DNA of 37,917 bases, taken from the NCBI GenBank assembly GCA_045105515.1, contig JBGCDR010000065.1, positions 1 to 37,917 of the forward strand, written 5' to 3'. This document shows, one piece after another, positions 18,964 through 28,087 of this stretch. Made by a program: the position numbers and the translations under genes. Each line of letters begins with the position of its first letter. Position 1 is the first letter of the stretch. The stretch is from Oligoflexales bacterium (GTDB lineage: Bacteria; Bdellovibrionota_B; Oligoflexia; Oligoflexales; Bog-1112). Under the pieces are notes generated by a model that saw only the letters and a program-made list of their open reading frames with translations, was not told the DNA's origin and searched no databases.

Positions 18964-19416
18964 ATGGGGTATCGTCTAGTTCTGAGTTACTTGAAAACAA
19001 ATTTTTTAGCCATATTAATAGTCTGTTTTGCGATTATAGGATGTACTAGCACTTATAAGGCATATGATGGTGAGCTTGTTCCAGGGAGACTGAAGGTAGT
19101 TTCAATACCTGGATCCTGCTACTACTATGTAAAGGATACGCTCACAGGCTTATGTTGGCTAAGCTGTTTTGATCAAAGCATGATTGCAGATGACGCTTGC
19201 CGTTCCTACGAAAAAGCTTTTGCTGGTCGAAGGATAGAGGGAGCGAATAGCACTGCTTTAGAAGAAAGCAAACAGAATTCTGAAGTTCAGTCACAGGATG
19301 GTACTGCACCATCAAACTTTATGAACTCTCCAGATGCCGAAGATAAAAAAAAGAGGGTGCAGGACTTAGATGAAGCTCTTCCCACACCTAAAAAGCAGCT
19401 TAATGAAAAAAGCTAG
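18964..19416 (+). CDS. Putative lipoprotein
   Basis: GGAGAG SD; hydrophobic leader ending in lipobox IIGC; four further Cys; polar tail. Confidence 0.65.
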   Translation: MGYRLVLSYLKTNFLAILIVCFAIIGCTSTYKAYDGELVPGRLKVVSIPGSCYYYVKDTLTGLCWLSCFDQSMIADDACRSYEKAFAGRRIEGANSTALEESKQNSEVQSQDGTAPSNFMNSPDAEDKKKRVQDLDEALPTPKKQLNEKS

Positions 19417-19427
19417 GTTTAGCCTGA

Positions 19428-20501
19428 CTAGATCCCCTTATGAGGGAGGTATTCCAGTACTTTTTGGTAAACTTCACCAGCGCTGATATCAATCATGCAT
19501 TTGAAATGTTTTAAGGGGCATTTATTGGGTCCATGTGCGCTGCATGGTCGGCAAGTCAGTTCTTTCCTTTCTACAACGGTGCTTTTCGGCGCCAAAGGTC
19601 CAAAGCCCATGGCAGATACAGTTGCACCAAAAATTGCAATGGTAGGCACCTTGAAAGCTGAAGCGTAGTGAATGGGTGAGCTGTCATTGCTAATTAATAA
19701 GTCTAATTGGGGATAAACAAATCTAAGGTCATCAAGCTTAGTTTTACCAACCAAATCTATAACTTTCTCACTTGAAAATTCCGCATCTGTTCCTTCTCTT
19801 ATACTATTAATTAAAGAAATCTCATCATTGCTACCTAGTAGGACTAACTGAACATTTTGATGCTTCACTAGCATACTTATAAGTAGCTTAAATTTTTCCA
19901 TTGGCCATTTTTTGGTTTGCCATGCGCTCCCTGGAGCAATTCCAATCTTGAAGAATGGGCTTTTTAAGTCTTGTGATAATTGGCTAGATTTATTTTTATT
20001 TAGAGATGGAAGAGCTCGTAAAATACTATTACGGTTAATACCTAGAGATTCCAATAGAAGGGCATTACGAGTGCATTCGTGAAAAACTGCTACACGCTTA
20101 ACGCGCCAACTTGAGAGGAAGGACAGGCTTGTTTCTTCATAAGTTAGAACTGGTAAACCTATTAGTTTAGAAATAAGGCTTGAGCGGGTACTTCGGTGGA
20201 GCTGTATGAGCACACAATTGTTTGCGTGGAGCCCCATCTCTTTTAAAGCTTGTTTTAATTGTAGTGCTTCAAAGAAGAAGTTTATCCGCTTTTTTTTTAT
20301 GGGAAAAATGCCTGATAATGCATCATGTCCCTCTAGAGCAGCTTTTCCAATTGGGCTGGTGATCAAGTACTGCTGTAGGTGAGGTGCTTCCCGTTTAGCT
20401 AGATTAAAAGCTCCAGTGCTTAGAATCATATCTCCAAGAAAGGCCGTTTGCAGCCAGACTATAGCATCGAGCTGGTTTAAAATTGGTGTTCTAGCTTTCA
20501 A
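19428..20501 (-). CDS. Glycosyltransferase family 9 (WaaF-like LPS heptosyltransferase)
   Basis: QTAFLGDMIL, APGSAWQTKKWP, SNDSSPIHYASA, CRPCS.HG...CP..HF.CM. Confidence 0.9.
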   Translation of the reverse strand: MKARTPILNQLDAIVWLQTAFLGDMILSTGAFNLAKREAPHLQQYLITSPIGKAALEGHDALSGIFPIKKKRINFFFEALQLKQALKEMGLHANNCVLIQLHRSTRSSLISKLIGLPVLTYEETSLSFLSSWRVKRVAVFHECTRNALLLESLGINRNSILRALPSLNKNKSSQLSQDLKSPFFKIGIAPGSAWQTKKWPMEKFKLLISMLVKHQNVQLVLLGSNDEISLINSIREGTDAEFSSEKVIDLVGKTKLDDLRFVYPQLDLLISNDSSPIHYASAFKVPTIAIFGATVSAMGFGPLAPKSTVVERKELTCRPCSAHGPNKCPLKHFKCMIDISAGEVYQKVLEYLPHKGI

Positions 20502-20955
20502 GGTTTTTCTCTCTGCTAAATACTAAGGCGTCTTCTCCGTCCTCGTAGTAGCTCTTTCTTACGCCTATTTGTTTCATGCCAAACTTATCATAAGCTCTTA
20601 TGGCTGACGTGTTGGATTTCCTAACTTCAAGGAAAAGGGCTTCCATAGTAGCCTCTTTACTGACAGTTGCCCATAAGGATTCGAGCAAGCTCGCAGCAAG
20701 ACCCCTGCCGCGATGCTTAGGGTTAATATACAGATAAACGATATCGATTGAAAAAGGTCCGTGGTAACTAAGCAGTGCTCCTGGCCATTTCGAAGGGGCA
20801 TCTATATAATCTTCAATAACACAAAGCTGGTATTCAGGTTTTGATAGACAATCTAAAATTTGAGTATAAGGCCAAAATTGCCAGTCCAAGCATAATGCTT
20901 CAAGTTTGTGATAATTAGGTGGAAACTGCTTGTCTTGTAAATTCTTGATTTTCAT
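20491..20955 (-). CDS. RimI-like GNAT acetyltransferase
   Basis: HRGRGLA acetyl-CoA motif; FLEVRKSN..A...Y.KFG....G.RK.YY.DGEDA. Confidence 0.85.
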   Translation of the reverse strand: MKIKNLQDKQFPPNYHKLEALCLDWQFWPYTQILDCLSKPEYQLCVIEDYIDAPSKWPGALLSYHGPFSIDIVYLYINPKHRGRGLAASLLESLWATVSKEATMEALFLEVRKSNTSAIRAYDKFGMKQIGVRKSYYEDGEDALVFSREKNLES

Positions 20956-20960
20956 AATGC

Positions 20961-21557
20961 CTAAGGTTGCTTGGGGGAAATTTTTTGATATTTATGGCTT
21001 CCCTTGAAGGACCGTACCACATATTTAGGTTCAAGCGACTTAACCCATCCTGGCTCTTGGTTCATGGATTTTAGCTTCCGGTACTCCTCAACTTGGATAA
21101 CATTGGCAACAGTTCGCAGCAATGTCAATCGGTCAAGCCCTAGTCTTTTCGCATCCTCTTGAATGTTTGGAGAATTATATAGGCGGCGTTCTAAGTCTCT
21201 TGTTATATTCTGGACTTTATCATCAGGTGGCTGGAATCGTCCGAGCCTCTTAGTTTCGAGATAGATAAGCATGTCTTCTCGAAATTTTTCAATGGATGAT
21301 AACCAACTTTCTTGATTGAGCTTAACTCTTGGGTTCTCAGGTTTGTAGATAAGAGCTTTAATCAGCAAATAAACTTCCATCTGTCTTTGGCTAAATGTGT
21401 AGTGATTAATGTCCATCAGTAAGCGATCTCCTAGCACCTGTGTGCTGTCTTGCCCTAGGACTTTGTTTTCTTTAAGTAAGTTAAACCTGATTCCAAGGAA
21501 AGCGCATATAACTAGAGTCCACCACCAATGATTATCGTATTTCAAGCTTAAATACAT
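20961..21557 (-). CDS. Hypothetical exported protein, possibly SurA N-terminal-like
   Basis: Hydrophobic N-terminus; DRLLMDIN..TFS and LIYLETKRLG loosely resemble SurA_N; start uncertain. Confidence 0.5.
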   Translation of the reverse strand: MYLSLKYDNHWWWTLVICAFLGIRFNLLKENKVLGQDSTQVLGDRLLMDINHYTFSQRQMEVYLLIKALIYKPENPRVKLNQESWLSSIEKFREDMLIYLETKRLGRFQPPDDKVQNITRDLERRLYNSPNIQEDAKRLGLDRLTLLRTVANVIQVEEYRKLKSMNQEPGWVKSLEPKYVVRSFKGSHKYQKISPKQP

Positions 21558-21942
21558 GGTTCCCCTGACTTTGCTGATTTGCTCTATTGAAGTATAAAAT
21601 ATCAATAAAAATAAATGCTTATAAAAATTGGTGATAGGTCATTGTCAGACTTTAACATCAACAATCTCGATTATCACGGTTATCTTGGTAGCTTAAGCAT
21701 AAGCACTTTTTCAATCTTGGATTCTAAATTAAGCTTTTGGCCCTTGCTATGCTTTTACAAAATGTTGACATTAGATCGCTGTAATGTAACTCTTTGCCAC
21801 CCATCCAAAGCTTTTAGGCCTATCGGCTAAAAAAAGTTTTTGAACAAGCAGAGCAAGCAAAATAATTAGTCAAAGGTTGCTTGATCTATCTATATGGCTG
21901 ATTGATTGTTAATTTATTTTACCATTCTATGGAGTTTAGTTT

Positions 21943-22239
21943 ATGAATAAGTCCGAATTAATTGACAATATCGCAAAACTTTCATCCCAAACCAAAGCCG
22001 ATACCGAAAGAGTTTTGGAAGCCTTTATAAAAACTGTATCAAGCTCTCTTGCGCGAGAAGAAGAAGTTAAACTGATTGGATTTGGTACTTTTACGGTTTC
22101 CGAGCGTAAAGCAAGAGTGGGAAGAAATCCGCAAACTGGAGAAGAGATTAAAATTCCCGCAAGAAAAGTTCCAGCATTTAGAGCTGGAAAAGAGTTAAAG
22201 ACTTCGGTCAATCAAGGAATGCTTGCAGAAGAAGCATAG
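21943..22239 (+). CDS. hup: DNA-binding protein HU
   Basis: MNKSELI, GFGTF, R.AR.GRNPQTG, PAFRAGKELK. Confidence 0.96.
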   Translation: MNKSELIDNIAKLSSQTKADTERVLEAFIKTVSSSLAREEEVKLIGFGTFTVSERKARVGRNPQTGEEIKIPARKVPAFRAGKELKTSVNQGMLAEEA

Positions 22240-22249
22240 TAAAGAGTGC

Positions 22250-22450
22250 TTATTCTTGCTCTTCAATGAAACCTACCATTCTAAATTTCTTCATATCATC
22301 TGATTTGATGAGGTGTAACTCACCATCATGGTTGGAATCATCTTCTCTTGCGGCAAGGTATTCACCTCCATTTTGCTTGGGATGAAAGTTGATAATGACC
22401 CATGTAATTTTCTTTTCTCGATCAAAAACCTTAAATGGTAGCATGCTCAT
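22250..22450 (-). CDS. Small hypothetical protein
   Basis: GAGGG SD plus ATG; 66 aa with protein-like composition, fills the intergenic gap. Confidence 0.65.
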   Translation of the reverse strand: MSMLPFKVFDREKKITWVIINFHPKQNGGEYLAAREDDSNHDGELHLIKSDDMKKFRMVGFIEEQE

Positions 22451-22523
22451 ACCCTCAGAAGCTCGTAATTAATTTCGTGCCGCTATAAACACCATATCAA
22501 ATATCATTTGGCAAGTGATAAGA

Positions 22524-22964
22524 TTATCTTTGCTTTTTCAGATTATAAGTTCCAGAGCGCAGGCCTGCTAGAATCATTTTGGCGATATAGTTTTGAGCTT
22601 TAAGAGCACTGTGTTTCGGAATCGGTGGAGATTTTTTAGCTGATAGCAAGAAGTCGGTCTGACGGCGTTCGCTCATATGGTTCAAGATAATTTTCTTCAA
22701 TTCAGTGCTTGTGAGCTTCCAAGCATTCAGCCAGGCACCAGATTCAATATTATTTAGGGCTTGAGCAAGGCTGTTTGCTCGTAAGAGGGCTAGGTCCTGG
22801 TATAAGAATTCACATTCGCAAGCGATCTTAGCTAAAGCTGGAGATTCTGTGGCCAAGGATTTCATAATCCTATCTCTGAAGCTTCCATCTAAGTTACGTA
22901 TAATGCCAAGAGCAATGGCTAGGCCATTGAATTTGATAAACTCTTTCCCTGAAAGTTTTTGCAT
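22524..22964 (-). CDS. Stand-alone FliG C-terminal-domain-like protein
   Basis: P.LA..I....F.Y.DL..L, ELKKIIL.HMSER, AQ..I pattern of FliG-C. Confidence 0.7.
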   Translation of the reverse strand: MQKLSGKEFIKFNGLAIALGIIRNLDGSFRDRIMKSLATESPALAKIACECEFLYQDLALLRANSLAQALNNIESGAWLNAWKLTSTELKKIILNHMSERRQTDFLLSAKKSPPIPKHSALKAQNYIAKMILAGLRSGTYNLKKQR

Positions 22965-23010
22965 TTTGTTCCAGCACCAGAAGTTGTTCTTCTAGATTCT
23001 AACCATTTAT

Positions 23011-24123
23011 TTAAGTCCAGGCAATTTCGCCTACAGAAGGGCTAAAGATTGCAAAATTACATGCTTGGTCGCTAAAAAATTTGTAGGGGTTAGAATAAAA
23101 GGGTAGTAAAAGTGATTGACCTTGCTCAGCCGTCACCCCTAAAGAAAATTTGCTCTCGATGGAAAGGCTGCCATCAATAATAAAAATGATGCCATACCCA
23201 TTAACAAAACTACAATTAAGGGTTTTTTCCCCCTCTAGATAAACCCTTTGGGTCTCGTAAAAGCTATTCTTGGGGAATCGCAATATGCGTGCTCCTTGGA
23301 TACTAGTATCCCAGATACCATTTACTTTTAGGGAGTGGAGGAAATCTAGGCCAGATTGAGCTTCTGGTTCAATTAAGTCCATGCAAGCATCAACGTGTAG
23401 CTCACGTTCTTTTCCATTTTCTTCGTCAAATTTTCCTTGCTCATCATAGCAACGGTTCCAGTCCCAGAGTCGGTAAGTTTTTCCGCTTCGGGGTGGGTTA
23501 ATTCTCTGGGGCTCCAAAAGAGTAACTCCGCCTCCTATTGCATGCGGTACTCCAGGAGCGATTTCGAAGTAATCATTGGGCTTTACCTTCAGGAATTGCA
23601 TGAAAGGGCTAAGATCTTCGCGGTTTCTAAGGGCAAGTAAGAGATCTTGTTTATGCACCCCCTCTTGAAAGCCTAAAAAAATCCCTGCATCCTTTTCTGC
23701 TTCTAGGATTAGCCAAGATTCAGGCTTACCACATTCATTAGGTTCTAAGAGTGGATTTTGATCGTCAGGGTGAACTTGGAAGGACAAAGCATGCTTTGCA
23801 TCCAAAAGTTTCACTAATATTTCCGAGTGAGCTTTGTGAGATTTTTGAAAGACGCAGGCAGATAAAATCTCTTCTGGGTAACGTTTTATCAGTTCTGGCA
23901 GTGATAAGCTATGATCTACTAACTGTGATGGCATAGCTGGGTCACAGGAAAATTCCCAGGATTCTCCAATATGCTGGTTTCTGGCCTGGGGGAGGATGGT
24001 TTTTTTAAACTTGTTGGCAATTTTAGTACCACCCCAAGGGGTCTTTGCCAATGAAGTGAAATTATTTGGCACTAACTTAATAGCAGCTCTTAAAAGTGAT
24101 TCGAATGAGTTAGTGGTTTCCAT
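23011..24123 (-). CDS. manA: Mannose-6-phosphate isomerase, type I cupin
   Basis: WGG, GESWE, LVKLLDA...LS.QVHP, GKPESW, PG..HAIG, TYRLWDW. Confidence 0.85.
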   Translation of the reverse strand: METTNSFESLLRAAIKLVPNNFTSLAKTPWGGTKIANKFKKTILPQARNQHIGESWEFSCDPAMPSQLVDHSLSLPELIKRYPEEILSACVFQKSHKAHSEILVKLLDAKHALSFQVHPDDQNPLLEPNECGKPESWLILEAEKDAGIFLGFQEGVHKQDLLLALRNREDLSPFMQFLKVKPNDYFEIAPGVPHAIGGGVTLLEPQRINPPRSGKTYRLWDWNRCYDEQGKFDEENGKERELHVDACMDLIEPEAQSGLDFLHSLKVNGIWDTSIQGARILRFPKNSFYETQRVYLEGEKTLNCSFVNGYGIIFIIDGSLSIESKFSLGVTAEQGQSLLLPFYSNPYKFFSDQACNFAIFSPSVGEIAWT

Positions 24124-24181
24124 TAGCTAAACTCCGCACTTGAATTGGAAGTCTATTCAAGAAATAGGAATGAATTATTGT

Positions 24182-24526
24182 TCAGCCTGGAGGCCAGCTT
24201 AGTTGTTTTCCTCCCAAAATATGGGCATGAATGTAACTAACAGATTGCTGTCCATGTTTGCCTTGATTGAAAATAACCCGGTAACCTTCCGGATCTAGGT
24301 CTAATTGGTTTGCAACCTGTGATATTCGTTTTAAAAACTCCCCACCAGCAATGGTGTCATAGTCGGTAAGGGAAGAAAAACCACTTATCTTTTTTTTAGG
24401 TATAACAAGAACATGGATGGGTGCTTGTGGATTAACATCCTTAAAAGCTAGTACCCAATCGTCTTCATAAACAATTTCTGCTGGTATTTGCTTAGCGATA
24501 ATTTTATCGAATATCGTGTCGCTCAC
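24182..24526 (-). CDS. hinT: Histidine triad nucleotide-binding protein
   Basis: TIFDKII, PQAPIHVLVIPK, Q.V..IHAHILGG (YxHxH variant of the triad), WPPG. Confidence 0.92.
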   Translation of the reverse strand: MSDTIFDKIIAKQIPAEIVYEDDWVLAFKDVNPQAPIHVLVIPKKKISGFSSLTDYDTIAGGEFLKRISQVANQLDLDPEGYRVIFNQGKHGQQSVSYIHAHILGGKQLSWPPG

Positions 24527-24543
24527 TCTCAGGTTCTTTCATA

Positions 24544-25146
24544 TTATTGACTACTATTGGGAGATTTGCTCCCAAAGAGCCGCATTTCACATAGTTCTAT
24601 CAGGATATGAATGCATTTGATATGCAATTCTTGCACCCTATCTGCATAAATCCCGGTTCCCTCAGTCCATATGTAAAAGTCTGAGAGAGCTTTCATAGGA
24701 GTATCATGGTGTCCGCTTAAGCCTAGGACTTTTGCACCCAAAGACTGAGCTTTTTCCATGGCTAGGATAATATTCTTACTTTTTCCACTCGTGCTAATTG
24801 CTAAGAGCATATCCCCTTTCTTAGCATGGGCCTCCACATAGCGAGAGAAAATATGCTCATAACCAAAATCATTACCTGTACATGTAATATGTCCGGGATC
24901 GCTGATTGCAGTTGCAGCAAGAGGTCGCCTGTTTTCGCGATAGCGGCCTGAGAGCTCCTCTGCAAAGTGCATTGCATCACTCATGGAGCCACCATTACCA
25001 CATGAAAATACTCGCCCACTGGAATTCAGGCATTCTGCCAATGCTATTGCGGCAGCAGAGAGCTGATTAAGAGTATGCTCATTTTTCTTAAGGCGTTCAA
25101 GAGATTGACTGCAATCGCTTAAGATTTGGTTTATGTGTTCTAACAT
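24544..25146 (-). CDS. gmhA: D-sedoheptulose-7-phosphate isomerase
   Basis: CGNGGS, HFAEEL.GR, NDFG, ISTSG.S.N, QELH...IH. Confidence 0.95.
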   Translation of the reverse strand: MLEHINQILSDCSQSLERLKKNEHTLNQLSAAAIALAECLNSSGRVFSCGNGGSMSDAMHFAEELSGRYRENRRPLAATAISDPGHITCTGNDFGYEHIFSRYVEAHAKKGDMLLAISTSGKSKNIILAMEKAQSLGAKVLGLSGHHDTPMKALSDFYIWTEGTGIYADRVQELHIKCIHILIELCEMRLFGSKSPNSSQ

Positions 25147-25165
25147 TCTTAATTCCTAAGAAAAA

Positions 25166-25319
25166 ACCAGCAATAAAAACAAATTCAGGTAGATACGCTC
25201 CCTGGTAAAGTCGGGTCTAGCATGGTCTTGGTCTTATAGAGTGCTGGATCTTATATAAAATACCTGCCAACTTCACCACTGCTTGAGCACGGTTTCATAT
25301 CACTTATTGTAAAGCTGAT
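25166..25319 (-). ncRNA. Unidentified structured RNA or leader upstream of gmhA
   Basis: Nested complementary segments including a 12-bp stem whose two G-U pairs form only on the minus strand. Confidence 0.35.
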
Positions 25320-25628
25320 GCAAGGCCTCTGTGCAGTGCTTTACTGAAAAATTGGCTGCAAAATTTGAAGTTCGAGAGGTTTAATTAAACGATATTATTT
25401 ATTTTTCCTCATCTTTTTTGGGATGAAATAAGATCATTTATTTCAATATTGCTCGGCAAATTTCTATGAGAATAGGCCGCAAAAAAAACCTGGAAAGTAA
25501 TTACCCATTGCAAAACAAATGCTTAGGAAAATTTTACCGAACATCACTGTTAACTTTTTGCCTTGCTTCCCGAACTTCATGGGTGTCTCCCTTAGACATG
25601 AAAAATATTTTCATAGTACGCTACCCGC

Positions 25629-25643
25629 TTGACAGGAGGTCAA
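25629..25643 (+). promoter_or_regulatory. CsrA/RsmA-type GGA hairpin on the flagellin SD
   Basis: TTGAC-AGGAG-GTCAA, a perfect 5-bp stem with GGA in the loop. Confidence 0.55.
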
Positions 25644-25647
25644 ACTT

Positions 25648-26568
25648 ATGGGGCTTAGGATTAGAACGAATATTGCATCAGTGAATGCACAACGCCAGCT
25701 TCAAACTTCAACGACATCACTCAGAAATTCAATGGCCAAGCTAAGCTCTGGTGAGCGGATAAATAAAGCTGCAGATGATGCTGCTGGACTTGCGGTTTCA
25801 GAAAATTTAAGGGCTGATATCCGATCCTTAAGAATGGCTAGAAGGAACGCTTCAGATGGGGTTTCTCTAGTACAAACTGCGGAAGGAAGCCTCATGGAAA
25901 CCAGTTCGATGCTTGTTAGGTTGAGAGAGCTTGCAATCCAGGCAGCATCCGACACGATTGGTAACAAAGAACGAGAGTTTCTAGATAAGGAGTACTTGCA
26001 GCTCAAAGATGAGATCGACCGGATTGCAAGTTCCACCGAATTTAATGGAACTCGATTGCTTGTGGGAGACAAGGAACTCCCTTCAGATATGGGAGAAATT
26101 CAAAATTCCTTTCCACTCGAAATACAGATAAGTAAAGACTATTACCAAGACACAGATGCGCTTGACAAACGAAACCCGGTCAACATCATAAAAATCGACT
26201 TTAGTAGTATCAATGGGTTTACCTCAGGAGAAGGATCACTAGAAATCGGAGAGCATGCGGAAGGCACCCGAGTCAATGAGAAAGTTTCAGCGCAGCGTAG
26301 TATTGAGAAGTTGGATACGGCACTTTTTAAAGTTAATGATTATAGATCCTATTTAGGGTCAGTACAAAATCGTCTAAGTTCGACGATGACCAATTTAGAT
26401 GTGCAAATCGAGAATTTAACAGAATCAAAAAGTAGGATCCGTGATACGGATTTTGCTAATGAAACTGCAAATATGACTCGAGCTAATATTCTCCAGCAAG
26501 CGGGTACATCTATACTATCTACTGCAAATGTTCAACCAGAAATAGCGTTAAGTCTTCTGGGACGATAA
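25648..26568 (+). CDS. fliC: Flagellin (short)
   Basis: LSSGERINKAADDAAGL, FNG..LL, R..LG..QNRL, SRIRDTDFA.E conserved termini. Confidence 0.97.
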   Translation: MGLRIRTNIASVNAQRQLQTSTTSLRNSMAKLSSGERINKAADDAAGLAVSENLRADIRSLRMARRNASDGVSLVQTAEGSLMETSSMLVRLRELAIQAASDTIGNKEREFLDKEYLQLKDEIDRIASSTEFNGTRLLVGDKELPSDMGEIQNSFPLEIQISKDYYQDTDALDKRNPVNIIKIDFSSINGFTSGEGSLEIGEHAEGTRVNEKVSAQRSIEKLDTALFKVNDYRSYLGSVQNRLSSTMTNLDVQIENLTESKSRIRDTDFANETANMTRANILQQAGTSILSTANVQPEIALSLLGR

Positions 26569-26610
26569 AGAATAGCTTGTTTGCTCTTTCTCGCATATAA
26601 GCTATTCTTT
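26567..26610 (+). terminator. Long hairpin after flagellin (terminator or stability element)
   Basis: AAAGAATAGCTT...AAGCTATTCTTT, a 12-bp perfect inverted repeat that extends inward imperfectly. Confidence 0.65.
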
Positions 26611-26715
26611 AACACTTGTCCTTGTTATCTTCGTTCTGGTATATTCGTTTAGAGTTTCCTAAAAATTAATCAATAGCAATCGATCTCCTTTAGGTTTGCT
26701 AACGGAATCAGAACG

Positions 26716-27846
26716 ATGGGGATGTTTGTCTTGAACTATAACCCCAGAATTGATCAAATACTTCCTACTTTCGGAAAATATGATGCTATTGGAATTGATG
26801 CTTTAAATATGCGTGACTTGATTCGCGCACGCGGCTTTGAAAGTGATATCTTCGCAGAAGATGGACCAATGCAAGGTACTTATCGACACTTGTCAGAGTA
26901 TGAATCATGTGATGCTAAAGGTAATTTACTAATTCATCATTTTTCTATAGGCTCAATGATTCCTTATTATTTAACCGGATTAGCCAGCACAAAAATAACG
27001 CGATATCATAACATCACTCCTGCCAAGTACTTTCCTTATGAGCATACTAGCCTAGCTAGAATAAAGTGCAATCAAGGACGACAGCAGATACCTTTGATAA
27101 AGGATCTAAGTGATTATTACTGGGCGGCTTCCAGATACAATGCAAGTGAACTTGATGAGTACAATTTTAAAAATGGTTCAGTTATCCCATTAATCAACAA
27201 CTATAAAAAACTACGAGATCTTAAGCCGTGTGCAAAAGTCACAGACATTTTGCAAAAAGATAAACGCAAGACGATCCTTTTTGTTGGGCGCGTTGCTCCT
27301 AATAAGGCTCATCATGATTTGCTTTTTTTATTGAACCAGTATCGAAAATTCATAAATGAAGATATTCGATTGATTTGTGTTGGTAAGATGGAAAACTATT
27401 ATGGAAGAATTCTCCTCAAAAATTTAGCCTCCGAATGGGGGCTTCGTATTAGTAATTGCAAGCCTTACAATGTCCATTCTGATGTACTTTTTACCGGCCC
27501 TGTAAATGAGCATGAGTTGGTCAGCTTTTACCGAAATGCAGATGTTTTTGTTTGTATGAGTGCTCACGAGGGTTTTTGTGCTCCATTAGTTGAAGCTATG
27601 AATTTTGGGCTCCCAGTGCTAGCGCATAAAGCAGCTGCAGTTCCGGAAACCCTGAATCAAGCAGGATTGTTAGTTGATAAAAATGATCCTATAGAGACCT
27701 TAAATGGATTGGCAAAGCTCTTGAATGATTCAGATACTAATAGTAAATGGAGTTCTCTTGCTTATCAGCGGGCGGATGATTTTGACTGGGATATTATTAA
27801 GACACAGTTCTATTCTCAGCTAGACTTAATTCTTAATGAAATTTAG
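26716..27846 (+). CDS. Glycosyltransferase family 4 (paralog A)
   Basis: LFVGRVAPNK, FTG.V, EGFCAPLVE (EX7E), AAVPETL. Confidence 0.92.
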   Translation: MGMFVLNYNPRIDQILPTFGKYDAIGIDALNMRDLIRARGFESDIFAEDGPMQGTYRHLSEYESCDAKGNLLIHHFSIGSMIPYYLTGLASTKITRYHNITPAKYFPYEHTSLARIKCNQGRQQIPLIKDLSDYYWAASRYNASELDEYNFKNGSVIPLINNYKKLRDLKPCAKVTDILQKDKRKTILFVGRVAPNKAHHDLLFLLNQYRKFINEDIRLICVGKMENYYGRILLKNLASEWGLRISNCKPYNVHSDVLFTGPVNEHELVSFYRNADVFVCMSAHEGFCAPLVEAMNFGLPVLAHKAAAVPETLNQAGLLVDKNDPIETLNGLAKLLNDSDTNSKWSSLAYQRADDFDWDIIKTQFYSQLDLILNEI

Positions 27847-27990
27847 ATTTGCTGCATTCTTTCGGAGACAGCGAGTATATTTATTCAAAAAATTATGATT
27901 AGAATAATGCTTTTTAATTGTGTTAGTCTCTAACTTTATATTTATAATAGCCAAGCCAGATTTTTAGGCCTTTCAGGCAAGCTTTAGAGC

Positions 27991-28020
27991 TTGTTCTTGC
28001 TGCGAACATTTTGGTATACT
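27991..28020 (+). promoter_or_regulatory. Putative sigma70 promoter with extended -10
   Basis: TTGTTC-N18-TATACT with TGn before the -10. Confidence 0.4.
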
Positions 28021-28087
28021 TGGGAAAAAAGAATTGATTCGTTACTTTGAATTTGAAGTCCTTTCCAGGGTATAGTGAGAAATTACA

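Noticed and set aside
21615..21830. 71-aa ORF upstream of HU
   Set aside because: No SD or recognisable motif; likely a divergent promoter region.
21936..22211. Antisense ORF over HU (likewise those over clpB, prs, pth, rplI, manA, fliC and the GTs)
   Set aside because: Shadow frames of well-supported genes.
25516..25576. Sigma28 promoter for fliC (two CCGAAC cores)
   Set aside because: Weak matches to TAAA-N15-GCCGATAA; I cannot choose or support a site.
25466..25684. 72-aa ORF overlapping the fliC start
   Set aside because: No SD or homology cue; it spans the flagellin promoter and leader.
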